From Neoechinorhynchus agilis (taxonomy: Eukaryota > Animalia > Acanthocephala): a stretch of 64,000 nucleotides of DNA. The notes under the pieces were generated by a model. The model did no database searches and was not told where the DNA came from. It saw only the letters and a program-made list of their open reading frames with translations. Location of the stretch: NCBI GenBank assembly GCA_051530055.1, contig CM121342.1, positions 1,584,797 through 1,648,796 of the forward strand, given 5' to 3'. The translations under genes and the position numbers were made by a program. Position 1 is the first letter of the stretch; each line of letters opens with the position of its first letter. Below are positions 12,484 through 25,325 of the stretch, one piece after another.

Positions 12484-12658
12484 AATAAACCTCTGAGGCT
12501 GAGGGATCTGATCAATCCAACACTCAGCCTGAGTTGAAATCAGCCAGATGTGAATATACAAGAACGAATAGGAACAGGATTTTAATGAACAAATTTCTTA
12601 CTTAATTATGAATGTACGAGGCGGCTTAATAAATAAATAAATAAATAAATAAACCTCT
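12484..12658 (+). mobile_element. short retroposed insert with (TAAA)n tail and apparent target-site duplication
   Basis: AATAAACCTCT on both sides, (TAAA)6 tail at about 12627-12653, internal hairpin GGCTGAG...CTCAGCC. Confidence 0.5.
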
Positions 12659-13606
12659 AAAGCATAACGGACTCGCCATTTTTGAGGAAATCGAATGCAA
12701 TAATTTCACACTTGCACTAAATTTCGTCTATTCGTTAAAGTTATGGTGCCATTAAAGATTGTTATGTGATAGCATCAAATACAAAAAATTTCTATTATGT
12801 ACAAGAGCCCTTAGAATAAAGTTTGTTTAATTCGTAGACGCAAATAACCCGCTTAAGGTTACTATAACAACAATTCATACCTTAACATTGGCATTAGATA
12901 TATATTTTTTTAATTTCGATTCACATAGCATTCTGATATCTGTAAAAATCGACTTCATATTTTAAAAGAAATTAATTTTCGGTGCTTTTAGCGCGCCTAA
13001 TATTTTTTGTTCAACATGCATTGTAAGGTTTTATTTGTCCATTTAGAAAGTCTGATTTCTAATGTCTTTTATTAACAACTAAAAATGTATAAGAAATCGA
13101 ACTATATTCCATTTTTGTGGGTCACATTTATGTGCATTTTTGCGATCGGAACACATTGTCGACAAAATTCATCACGCGCTTTTTCATTATAAATTTTGAA
13201 ATTTCGACTTTTAAGATCTAAAATTGAATTAGTCCAAATACTCAAGCATGTTTCTAGGAATTGCTTTTGTTGAAAACACTTTTAAATTAACGAAGCTTAA
13301 AAAATCTTGTTTAAAATTTGCATTAAAACAGGTTTATTATTTTTGTATTTAAAGGATTTCAATATTCACTTCGCTTATAATTTAATTTGATCGGCTTTCA
13401 GCTTTCAAGCGTCGACGGAAGCTAAAAACTAGAAATGCGAAATTGATTTAACAACGTGATTCGATCACGTCTAAAAAATAGAGAATGTCACGCATCAAGT
13501 ACGAATATCCGAGATTTCAAAATTGCTTATTTTTAACTTGGTTTTCAGTGAAGTTCTTTAAAACTTATCGGTTTTATTTGCTAATGAATCCTAGTTCATT
13601 TTTAAG

Positions 13607-14383
13607 ATGCCCAAATCTTTAGACCAAGAAGACATGATGACTTTATCGGTTGAAGAAAATGACACCAATGATGAGTGGGAATCAAATAACATTAGAGTTA
13701 CACGAGATCTCTTAAAATTCGACGATCAGTACGTTATTTATTCGTTTCCAAGATATTTGGCGGACTACTTGGTTAATTCTCTGAACGGTGAATCCACGGG
13801 ACTTCTTGGTCATATATGGAATGGCAAATTCGTGATTTCAGATAAAATAGATAACGGCCAGGTCCCTCAAGAATACCCATTGGATAAACCAATACCGATG
13901 AAAGGGCCAACACTCGTAGCCAAACTCGGGATAACGAATTCTATTGATGATGATTATCAACACATCGAATCGTTTGAAATCATTGGCAGTGTGTCATCGA
14001 GAGTTACCGTGAAAAGTAATCCTCTGGATGATATGTATCTGGGGCTTAAGCAATCAAAATACAAAAGAGATATTCCTGATGACGATCAGTTCATCTACAC
14101 TTATCCATATGCACCGAAACGAAAATTTCCAATAACAGAAAACCGTCGGCGCATTCCTTCAAGGCGTGAACGAGACAACGAAAACAACGTCAAAGAGATG
14201 ATACTGAAATGCTTTTCTGAACGGCGGTACTACACCATGAACGAATTAGTCGAGATAACAGATCAGCCATATCAATATTTGAAATCAATTTTAAGCGATC
14301 TTTGTATTTATCACACAGGAGAATGCAACCGGAACAAGTATGAGCTTAGACCGGAGTATTCGCAGTATTCGATCAAAGAATAA
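13607..14383 (+). CDS. GTF2F2: general transcription factor IIF beta subunit (RAP30)-like
   Basis: C-terminal winged helix MILKCFSERRYYTMNELVEITDQPYQYLKSILSDLC...KYELRPEY matches RAP30. The N-terminus is divergent and may have small upstream exons. Confidence 0.82.
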   Translation: MPKSLDQEDMMTLSVEENDTNDEWESNNIRVTRDLLKFDDQYVIYSFPRYLADYLVNSLNGESTGLLGHIWNGKFVISDKIDNGQVPQEYPLDKPIPMKGPTLVAKLGITNSIDDDYQHIESFEIIGSVSSRVTVKSNPLDDMYLGLKQSKYKRDIPDDDQFIYTYPYAPKRKFPITENRRRIPSRRERDNENNVKEMILKCFSERRYYTMNELVEITDQPYQYLKSILSDLCIYHTGECNRNKYELRPEYSQYSIKE

Positions 14384-14656
14384 AACAAATTGGCGATAAT
14401 GATTTTTTTCGCTTCAACTAACAACAAACTTTAAAACCAATCTTTTTATTCTAAAACTATTGCAATATCTAAAATTATTCTAAGTAGTTTTTAAAATATA
14501 GCTTAGACCGGAGTATTCGTAGTATTTGATCAAAGAATAAAACCAATTGGCGATAATGAGTTTTTTTCGCTTCAATTAACCACAAACTTTAAAATCAATC
14601 CTTTTACTCGAGTCATTGCAAGATCTAAAATTATTCTAAGTAGTCATTAAAAATAT
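14343..14656 (+). repeat. 157-bp tandem duplication of the GTF2F2 last codons, stop and 3' UTR
   Basis: AGCTTAGACCGGAGTATTCG starts at 14343 and again at 14500; the two copies align throughout with scattered mismatches. Confidence 0.85.
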
Positions 14657-16235
14657 GTGTAGAAAATTTAAAAAACGTCTGTTGAAATTTAAACTATGAG
14701 ATAATGTTGTTTCGAAATGGTGTAAAACAATAACTCTTTGGACTAAAAAAATTCAAATCGTGTATTTCAGCTCCTAAATTTTTATTTTCACTAAGTTATA
14801 AATTCGTGTTAAAATTCATCGATATCTAGAAAAGATTTTTGACATTTAAAGAATGAGACTTAACATTATGACCAGAAGTCAAAACTTTATTTAAAAACTT
14901 TTCCTGTATCGCTGAGCTACGTTGACTTTCAATTACAGTCCAATAAATGAAAGTTTCGATACTGTGCATTTTTCCATTCATAAGAATGTGAAATACGAAA
15001 CAATGAATAAAAATTTGTCACCATTTCTTGAAGTTGAAAAGTAACTTGTAATAAAACATTGGTAGGTGATAGTAACCAAAATTTCGATTTTTGTGAAATA
15101 ATCAAAGCGGATCTACATGCAGACTCGTTACATTTTAAATGCCATCACGATTTGATCAAAATGATGGCGTATTTTTTTCCTTTTTTTTAAATCTGTTGTC
15201 GTAGTTCAACAAATTTGTTCATTGAAGACAATCTGATGTTTATGAACTCTTTTATATTATAATGGCGTATCTTATCTCTTAATCTTTGTTATCAATTGGT
15301 ACCTGTCATGTTTCCTAAGGCGGATAATAACTTGAACGCTTGGAAAATTTCCTAAACTCTATGCGTAACTAATTCGATTAGTTGCGCTAAACACGACAAG
15401 ATGTCTTTTGCTATTGTTTGTTTAAACTTTATCTCACGTTCTCTAAAAATTTTGATATTATGGTTTGAAACTATTTATTTGCAAAATTACGATTAAAATA
15501 ATTTTTCTCGTGGATAACACATCTTAAATCGTTATAACACTTGTTTCGCATGATAAACTATTCGATTTTTTTTCAATTGTTCAATTTTTTTAAGCACGTC
15601 TCTAGTTTTTAATAACTACATAGCGCTTTTGAATTCATTTCGCCACCTACTTTTGTACCATTTTCCATTATGGATTTATATTTGTCATCATTGTAGAAAA
15701 AAAGACTATTGGTCAGTGATATATCGGCTGAGTACCTATAGTTTGCTCGATTAGTTATATGTATTTATAATACGAATAAACTTTTTATAGCATTTTCACT
15801 TTTGAATTTCTATTTCGCTAGTCATTATAAATCCCGTTTTTTTGCAATTATGGGTTAGTGATTTGCTTGCTTTTATAATCTTTTGAAGTTTAGCGTCTTT
15901 TTATCGTCGCGCTCTGATTGGTTGAACGTGTATTCTGCTAGGTTCGCTAATTTTTTATTCACGTGATGATTTTTATGCTTGTACACATCTTCTATAGTTA
16001 ATTATATCGATCTTCGTAGTTCTACCCATAGATGCTTTATCATATACATTGCATCGTCCAAACATATTTCCTCAGAAACATACAATGCCGTCTATCCAGT
16101 GCCGGACCTTAGATTTATTGAAAATCTAGGAACGACAAATTTGATTGATTCACAATCGGATTTTAATCACTAACGCATTTCTGCACCTATGTTTGATAGC
16201 AACCTTTTAGTCATAAAAAATGAACAATATATCGG

Positions 16236-16392
16236 ATTATTGTTTAGGTCTACACCGGCGGTAAATGATTATTTATTAAAATGTTGGTCGAACCTCATCG
16301 ATTTTAGAACTCATGATGAACCCGACGAGGTTCGCAGAACGTCTTTAATCGAAATATTCATTTACCACGGGTGTAGACTTCTAAACAATAAT
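16236..16392. mobile_element. palindromic MITE-like element, family C
   Basis: About 68-bp imperfect inverted arms (ATTATTGTTTAG..GTCTACACC / GGTGTAGAC..CTAAACAATAAT). A second copy lies at 59601-59766. Confidence 0.7.
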
Positions 16393-17317
16393 TTCAATCA
16401 CATTGACCTGTAATTCACATATCGTCAGAACAATATATCGCGTATGTGCTAAAATTCCTATTTTGCTTTTTTAAGTTAAACTGTGCTTAATGCTCAATTT
16501 TTACAGCTACTTTACAATTTTTTTATGAGGCCGTTCCAGATTTTATCATAAAAATTTCACACCCCTTAATTATCTTGATTGTTTGCTTATGGAATTTTCC
16601 GTCAATTTGTATGCTAAATTCATCAATTAGCAATTAAGCCGTTTTAACTGATCTACCAAATAATTATTTCTCCCTTTTCTCAACGCACTTATAATTTACC
16701 ATATATTTTCCGTAGATTAAGCTCGTCGGGGTTAGTTTGATCTTTAACTTTAGTTCCGATTACATCACAATCTTCTAATTATTATGAACTTTGAGTGCGG
16801 ATAATCGGGATTTTCTGGAAATATAAATGGTCGGTTCCTTCTTATTGTACCATTAATTATTTCCCAAAGACATTTTCCCATAATTCAAATTTCATTTTCA
16901 AAAAACTAGTGTAGTCAGATTAGGATAAAGGCGCTAGAAACTGATCCACCTGCACGGACATTATCTTTGTCTACAGAAAACAGTGTCCGGCGTACTTTCT
17001 CCAAGTTTCTATTTACAAAGTATCAGTTAGGTAACATCGCCCATTCTCAACGCCTATTAGATTCACTTTCTAAGATCTCAGTCAAATGATTTCTATTTAC
17101 CACTGCCGGAGTTTGTTTGAGAACTAGACTAAATGTAGCGGTTGAACATAGCGTGTCGAAAATCGTCATTTACGCGAAACTTTATAGCAATATACATCGT
17201 CCGTGTGAATGTGTGAGTGGATGATGGAGGCTTGGAGCGGGCATTGTCTAATCTTCATGAGAATACTGCGAAGATATCTTCCTTGATATGCTTATATTTC
17301 ACCATTCGTTATTTTAG

Positions 17318-17873
17318 ATGGCAAAAAATTCGAAAAATAATTCCAAACGCCGAAATACTAAACGAGAAGGTAAGCTTTCTTTAAATCACAGCCGAGACAT
17401 ATCGTCGGTATCACTCAATCCGTTCGGATTACTCCCACGTGCGATTCTTATCTTCCACAACCTCCCTGTTTTTCTTCTCAAAAAGTCATTTTCCTCTAGT
17501 ACCTATGCGCATCTTTGCTTCCACTCACTAACTATCGGGGTGATAGGAAAAAGCTGCCAGTACGTAAGATGTTTGCGAAATATATAAATATCCAGTCGAA
17601 AATGGAGGTCCCCAGTTGGGTTAGCGACCTTTCCACTATTACCTGTCTAAATTGTAGCCACCAGAACAGACCCTTGTCTTTGAAAAAGATAATGGGACGC
17701 AGACACCTCTTAAATTGGCGAAAAATGATCGTTTTTTTATGAAACCAAGGGAACTCGAATGTGTCCTAGAGTTTTCACCAGCTAATCTTAAACGGAAAAT
17801 CCTTATCACGTACCGGGAGGAGATTCATTCCTTTACTCTAATACCTGACATTTCCCAACTTCTCGACATATAA
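17318..17873 (+). CDS. small multi-exon protein of unknown function (about 128 aa), gene A
   Basis: GT-AG introns (including a 22-nt intron gtaagc...cacag) join exons in frame to ...YREEIHSFTLIPDISQLLDI-stop. No family recognised. Confidence 0.5.
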
Positions 17874-17955
17874 CCTCATCTTGCGCTGAATTCCAAACGT
17901 GACTGTCTAAATATCGTTTTTACCTTTAGCTGCCCGGCAACGCCGTGTGGATATC

Positions 17956-20659
17956 ATGAAGATCCAAACGTCGCAGTATGAACGCGAGCATTCGATTTGT
18001 ATTGAAATCAATGATCTAGAGGTTTGTCATTTTTTTATAAATGATATTTTAAATAACTGAAAGCGCTTTTTAGATTCTAAGCAAAGTGATTGAGATGCGA
18101 TCGAAGCAATATACTCCTTTGGTAGCGACTAACACAAATAAGTTCTACATTCCATTAGTTAATTTCATTACTGCGACAAATATAACACCAGACCATGGGT
18201 AAGTTTTATTTTCAACAGTTAAATTCTTTAATGTTATTTTTTAAGAATGGTTCGCGATTTAAAGGAAGCAGGATTCATTTTGAATGTATCTGCTAAAATG
18301 TCGTTGGTTTACTGGAGTGTAGAGCTCATTGAAAAAACTATCTGTGGAATAATTCCACCAATTCACTTCGACAAATGCATCGAAATCTTATTGAAATTGA
18401 TAGGTAACGTCACATTGTATATCAATTTAGAAATTTATTTTTATTTAATTAGATACTTATACTGATATTCTTAAAGAATACGGGTTCAAAGTTGAAAGTC
18501 CTACCAACATCCTTGACAAGCTCCCCATACCAATAATCGAGCTTCCAAATTCGAAATTATCACAATATAACAAATTTCAAAGTGGTATGGAAAGATACTT
18601 AAAAGAATACAGAAATGGTAGGCTCGGAGAACAAAGAGTAGACAGTTTGTGTTTCTGTACCAAACAAGGCGGAACCATGGTACCGTACATGAACTTCAGC
18701 ATTCATGGTGCAGGCATAAAAATCAGTAAAGAAGAGAGGAAAAGTTGGGTTGAAAGGATAGAACAATGCCGAGATCATCAAATGAAGGTTACAATCGATG
18801 CAGCTATAAAACTGAGAAAAGAAGAGTATGATATGCAACAGGAAGTATTTAGAAGAAGATTATGTCAAAAGCCGGCAGCTTCTCAACGTCCATGTACATC
18901 GGTGCCATTTGGTACTTATTTCGCCCAAACTTTAGCAGAACGACTCCATAAAATAGACGAACAGGAGTTAATAAGACGCAATTATGCGAGTGCGGGATTT
19001 CAAAATGTCGAGCAGGGAAATGTTGAAGTAGAGATCAACCAACATTACAAGGTATGCCAAACAAAAGAAGATCGTGTTGAATGTTGTACCGGGCATGTTC
19101 CTGATATATCAATCACTGTAGAAGTATTTGACAGTAAAAATGAACAGAAGGAATCAACTACTAATCAGGACAACAAATTGAGCCAGTGTGATGTTCCAAG
19201 CGCTGAGCCAACGGAGGACAACATTGTTGAACAGAAACTCAATGGACAATCATCAACCACGAAACAAATCAAAGATGCAACTCTCGAAGTGGATCCTGAT
19301 ACTGATAGAAATAGTGATGCTTGTAATGAAAAAATGGATATTGAAATATTAAAAGAAGAGAATTCAAATTGTGCACCAGAAGTTGTTATCCATATGTACC
19401 AATATCAATCTTTACAAGAAGAGCCAGTCGAAATCTTTAAGGACTCATCTGCTCAAGCAATAGAATTGGAAATGGTTCAGTATTGTACTGAGGATAATGT
19501 ACTTAATTACGACGACGAACAGAATATCAATTGTGTTGAGGAATCAGCTATTTCATTATGTCAGTGCAACTCATCACTCGAAGAGCCGGTTGAGGTTTTA
19601 AATGAACCCGCCATCTCACAAATTACTGCAAAAGCCGTAGAATTGAAGTTGGCACAATACTGTACCGAGGAGCCAGTGTTTGTGCTGAACGAAGACAATA
19701 ATTGTTCAACGGAAACTGCGATTTGTTTATACCAATTCCAGTCATTTCAAGAGGAGCCCATAGAGGTTTTGGATTTCCCGGACAATACACAAGTTACAGA
19801 ACAAGCAATCGAATTGGAAGTGGTTCAGCGTTACATTGAAGACAACGTCGAAATATTAGACCAGGAACTAATGGAGCTGTCGAAGACGGATATTGCTTTG
19901 GAGTTCATCACGGTCGATAGAGAACAAGAAGATAGCATCGAGTGGTTGGCAGAGGATTGTTTTGAAGAACCACAAATAGTCAAAGAGTTCTTTGTTCCCG
20001 AAAGGGCACAGGAGGCCCCGGTCGAGATTTTTAACGAGGATTACTCACTTTCTAAGCAGGAGTTTGTGATCGAAAGGGAGGTACCAAAGGTCCAAGAAGA
20101 TATAATCCAGTCCGTTGAATACAAACAAGAATTGAAAGTTGAAAATATTGAAGTGGCAAAATCAGAGGAAAGCGTCAATTGCAAGTCACAAAGAAAAGGT
20201 CCTACGCAATTTGAAAGAGTATTCGCATCAATTCGTGGTACAAGAAAGTTGAGCGGACAAGCACAAATTCCACAACGAACTAAGAATCGTAAATTTAGCG
20301 GTTTCTCAAGTTTAATGAGATTCGAAGGTTTACGAACACAAGAGGAAGTTCAAAGCGAGTCGAGAGATGGAACTGGACAGGATATCAGGCATGGATATTC
20401 ATTGAGATACAACAGAGGATCCCACAAGCTCAGCTTTAGACTTCCTAAACAGCTATCATATAGATCTCTTTCACGTTTAAGGAGAAAATCAAAGGATAGC
20501 GAAGTTTTATCACAATCATTTTCAGCCGAATCGCCATCCACAACCAGACCCAAGGAAAAACGAAGCGTGCTGAGTAGGATATGGAACTCTTCAACATTTA
20601 GCGCAGCTCGTTCGCTGGTTTCCGCAATCAATCGCAATTCAAACAAGCATAACAAGTGA
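17956..20659 (+). CDS. unknown protein, 4 exons, with acidic about 27-aa repeats and a basic Ser-rich tail, gene B
   Basis: Three GT-AG introns with matching phases link upstream exons to the 690-aa ORF at 18587-20659. Confidence 0.7.
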
Positions 20660-21609
20660 TTTTTTATATAAATGACAAACGAATTTGTTTGTTTGTGTAT
20701 TTTCATTTTATAATTTCAGCCAAATATTTTGTATGGGGGGGTTTCTTGAAAGTGAATGCAACCGAGCGTAATAATCAAAGCAAATATTTTCTATTTACTA
20801 TTTTGCAAATATCGGCGTTTTTGTTCCTGCAAACATTGTGTTGGTGAGTTTAGAATAATTGTTTAATCAATTTCTGAGCATAGGATTTTCAAGCATCCAA
20901 TCACAAGACAGCATAAAGTTTTAAACTAAATAAACCTTATATTTAAGAAAAATCGTAAAATTTAAGCTTATGAATGCATATTTTAAGATTTTTATTTGAA
21001 CTTTCAATAAAAAAATTTAATCCCCTAATAAATCGATCCTTTATTACCGTAAATGATTAAGAGCCGTAATGGTGGTAAAATGGTATAGCGGCTCACACTC
21101 TTTGAAGTTTTACGCAATTCTTAATAATAATTGGTCAAGCGATAGCAATTCATTATCGTCGGCCTCCATATTGATTAGCCATATTTTTTAGCCCTATAAT
21201 TTATCTTATACGTGCAAATGTAAATTTTTTTAAATTGAATTTATATTAATTAACTTATTTTTAATTCTACACATATTAGTCTCATGTTAGCGCAGAACAA
21301 AGCAATTTATTTGTCATATTTCACCAAGTTTAAAATTAAAAACGGTGTATTAAAAAATACATGAAATGATAAATATGGTAGCTACAAATTTGTAGCCGTA
21401 TTCGTGAGATGGACGAAAATATAATCTTTGTCCGAAAATGTTCTCAATGCAAAAATTTCATTAATACTAGAAAACGTTAACACCAAATTGTTAAAAAAGA
21501 GAGTCAAAGAATGAATTAAATATGGAGAACAAATTATTTTACTCACGAACGATGCTCATATATTTACAACTAGCAACGGTGTTTTTATATTTATGAACAC
21601 GGTTAAATA

Positions 21610-24406
21610 TTAAATTCTCGCACTTCTTTGACTTTTTGACATTTGTTTTTGCGATTGCCACCTACGGATATCATTAAAGTCGTACGGACTGCTTCCAAAA
21701 AAGTGTGAAGCACTTTTATAAAATCCATCAGGTGTTCTGACAGGGCTGTTCAATAATGCTCCTCGTTCAGAATCAATGCTGAACGCATTGACTCTTCGAC
21801 GAGGAGTGCAAGCCAGATGTCCTCGTCGCATCAGCGGAATTCCTGATTGTTCCAAATGAGTCGATGTGATGGGAGCACTCTTTTTGGTTTTATATGGTGC
21901 TCTGTTAGTTGATGAGTTTAAATTTAATGTAGTTGGTCGTTTGGGTTTAATGGTTGGTTTAGCTTCATAGACGTCTCGTTTTAGACTGAGCAAAATGTTC
22001 GGGGATGTTGATATCCCATCTAAGGCTTCGCTAACAAAGTCGATCATCTCTTCAAGTAAGAGCTTAACATCAAAAAGATACTCTTGTCGTTGAGGTGGTT
22101 GTCGAAGTACTGAATGTAGCTCGGCTCTATCGGCCTGCCTGGTCTTGTCCAAACATTCACGGGTCCGAATGTTCATAAGTCGTTTACAACTTTGGTAGTA
22201 GAAACGGTCGCTTGGACTTTGTTCTGAGATGGATTCTAGGTCACGTTGGAGAAGGCGTGATATAGCGTTATTTATGACTAAGGAAAGGTTAAGGAAGTCA
22301 AAGGTTAAACGAAAAGTCATCTAGGTGATTTTTTTAGTTTGAAGTGATAAAGTTACCTTTATCATGGTCGTTGTTTTGTTGAACCGTTTTGATGCCTTTT
22401 TCCTTAAAATCGTTTCGATAGAAGAAGCCGATGAGCTTGTCAGTCCATCTTGATAATAATCCTGGAATGTTCCTAAATCAAGCGGTGTGAGTCATATTGT
22501 ACTCATTTCAGAAAAAAAAGAATAAATTATATAAAACTTACAAGGTAAAAAAAGGCATAAGTAGTCTGAGTAGGAGAATGAAAGATCGGTGAAAGTTTCT
22601 ACTAAACAACGTGCTCTCTCTCATTCATTTTACAGAGGGTACGGTCACGTTCATCAACATTGTACTTAAACAAAACATTCGTGGCCTTTGAACCTAACCT
22701 GATTGTCCTAACCGCAATCAAGACTACATAATCACCAACAGATGCGCTGGGTGAGTCTAGAGCCCAATGATTGATTGTTTCATTCGCATTGCTCATCTTT
22801 TTTGAGTTATCTGAATTTTAGCGAACGCTCAGCCCAAAAATCAACGACGGTGTATATAGCGAGGAGAAGCTCTTCGTCTTGAAAGAGACAAAGCTTCAAT
22901 TGTCTGCGATGGCGATGAGAGATTCAGATACGCTAAATCACCTAGACGCTCGAAAAAACAAGTGCTGTCCGACAGTCTCAAATTCTTCTTTTAGAACATT
23001 GAAAAGAGACGTTCGTCTAGGCTATAGGATTTAAGGGAATTTTATGAAAAGGGGGGAGTGTGCTTTCGACTCTTTTGGATTTTAGCTCGTCCTTCACTAG
23101 GAGTGAAGCGTCGATCCACGTCCTTTAGCTTGTTCCCTACTACATACCACGATTTCATCACGTCTCATTTAGACTTGTTGCTATCGGGATATGTTACCTA
23201 TATATTCCAATCCATTTATCGTGATTTGTAACTAACGCAAATATGTAGATCAAAGCAGCTATAATGAAATGAAGGTAATTTGATGTTTCTTTAAAATGAG
23301 AGTTCCTTTTCAACTACAACGAAAAAAGCTTAGAAATTGAAATATAATTTTGGTTGAAATTACGTTCCAGCCAATTTTCCACTTAAAGTTTCACTACAAT
23401 TCACAACAATACATTCTACTCGTGTTAGTGACGGCGACGTAAAGTTTAATATTGAAACTGTTGGGTCTTGTGTAGCCAAATTTCACTCGGAATATTGTAA
23501 ATCTAAACAATTCTCGTTGTTTAAAAAGCAAAATAGGTGCTTTTTCCTTCCATTTGCTTGCATTCTTGCTGTTAAATTAGTCGATTGAGAGAAGAGTCAC
23601 AAAGGTAGTCGGATCGTATTTCAGCCACATTACAGATTTCAGGATAAAAACACGGTTATAGTTCATTATGCCTTAGCTCTTTTTACCGCAGAAAACTATT
23701 AAATTTCCTTATTTTACGTACGTTGATTTGCAATTCCTAAATCATTGAGCAATCGGGAACATAAGATTTTTGGAGTTTAATATAAACTAATCGAAGAAAG
23801 TCGAACCTATTTGCTAGGTTTTAAGACGTTGAAGGCTAAGCCGACGCTCATGGTAACTAATGATTGATTATAATGAGAGATTTAAAAAGGGGCTACGCTA
23901 AAAGTTCCTATCATTTGATCGCATACTCAGGTTTCATCAACGACACTTTCAAGGACGATTTTGTATTCTAAGCGAACGAGACTTTTGAACTCAAAAGTTA
24001 AAGATTCCCTTTTACCAAATTACTAAGAGACTAATGATGTTTCACAATAAAAAAAAGAATATGTACCGAAAATGTTACCAAATCAAAATTATCTCTAAGC
24101 TGTTTTAAGTGCGGATCATAAAAAGCTTGCAGACAATCTCTAGGGAGTCTTTTTTGTACGACCGTTTTAAAACTGAATGCAATAAATATTTCGTATGGTA
24201 AATAGTAAGACCGTTGGGACATTTTCTTACAATGCTAAATCTACTTACTTGTTTTCTACTCTGAACGATTGGGTACGCTGGATGTGTTCAGCTGAAAGGT
24301 CCATGTCCCTCCTAAGGACTTGCATTAACGCCTTAATCTCAGTTTCGTTGAATGAATCAAGAATTTCAGATTGTCCATCGATTGTCACTTTTGATTCACT
24401 TTCCAT
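21610..24406 (-). CDS. multi-exon protein of unknown function, with weak N-terminal resemblance to Rab-binding (Slp/melanophilin-type) domains
   Basis: 236-aa terminal ORF plus spliceable upstream exons. LDSFNETEIKALMQVLRRDMDL resembles the RabBD first helix. Middle exons were not resolved, so the single-gene model is uncertain. Confidence 0.4.
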
Positions 24407-25080
24407 TCATTCACAAAATGTGCTAACAAACACGAGAACAAAATGTCGTGTTCAACCAGCCTAGACGGCAACGTTTCAATGATATGAGTAAACGTGAATT
24501 AGTGTTGATGAACGCGTTTTCACTCGGAGAAAGACTGAACTCTGTGTGGCTTCATGTGACTCCAGCCAGTCTATGATGGCGGAAAAGAAGGTGGAATGAT
24601 ATAAACGATTCTCACACACACGAAGAAAATGACGATTCGGTACTGCCATCGAAAGCAGTCTTGGAATCGACGAGTAATAATGTTCAGGTTTCAGTCTTTT
24701 CTTAAAAATGAACAAAATCGAACAGGTCTTTAAGGTAAACATTTTCCTTAAAATTGAGAACAGAGGGTAAACTTAAATTAAAAAGATGGCGCGTTTTTAC
24801 AGGCGAAAAAGATTTTTTTATGCTAAATGCTCACAATGCTTTTCAGACTTTGGTGTGCTCGATTGAGCGAAACAGCACGTTTGGCACACTTGTCCACGTG
24901 GTGTCAAGTCGAGATTAGTAGTCTGCTTCAGATACGCATCTCCGATTAACTGACATTTTTGATTACGATCACTTGTAAGATTAGGATATTAAGACAGCTT
25001 CACCTTCCGAAAAAGTCATACCATTCGAACCAAAACTATTTATGTGGTAAAATGTAATGATCGGGCAATCTCATGTCCGT

Positions 25081-25325
25081 ATTTGCGCCGAGGTGATCTG
25101 TTTTAAGGTCAAAGGGTTCAATATCCATGATCTGACTCACAATCAAAGGGAACCAAATACCGCTGAAGGGAAGAGGAAACTCACTTATAGGTCCCGCCCC
25201 CACGGGAGGTATCTAAGGATGCGGAGGGATGAGTACAAACTTTTAACTGTATGTTTTTGAGAATCTACGTGATTTAATCACTTCTCTGATCCAAGATATC
25301 GGTTGGCTATGAACCTAAAGAAAAA
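25081..25325 (+). mobile_element. tRNA-derived SINE, near full-length diverged copy
   Basis: Degenerate B-box GGTTCAATATCC, core TACCGCTGAAGGGAAGAGGAAACTCAC, tail CCAAGATATCGGTTGGCTATG. Confidence 0.7.

Noticed and set aside
13480-13610. Acceptor-like AG just upstream of several start codons as evidence of SL trans-splicing (GTF2F2, UVSSA, TSPO, TREH, NELFB)
   Set aside because: Plausible cis donors exist upstream for GTF2F2 and TSPO, and YAG near ATG is common by chance in AT-rich DNA. Not supportable without transcripts.
17871-17873. Genome-wide stop-codon reassignment
   Set aside because: RIC8, GTF2F2 and DCTN6 end at TAA, TRMT6 at TAG and TREH at TGA at the expected positions, and long ORFs translate with the standard code.
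21060-21120. tRNA-like start GCCGTAATGGTGGTAAAATGGTATAGCGGCTC
   Set aside because: No T-loop or cloverleaf. No true tRNA gene was found in the window.
24781-24793. YY1-like AAGATGGCG promoter motif
   Set aside because: Single short match with no supporting evidence.
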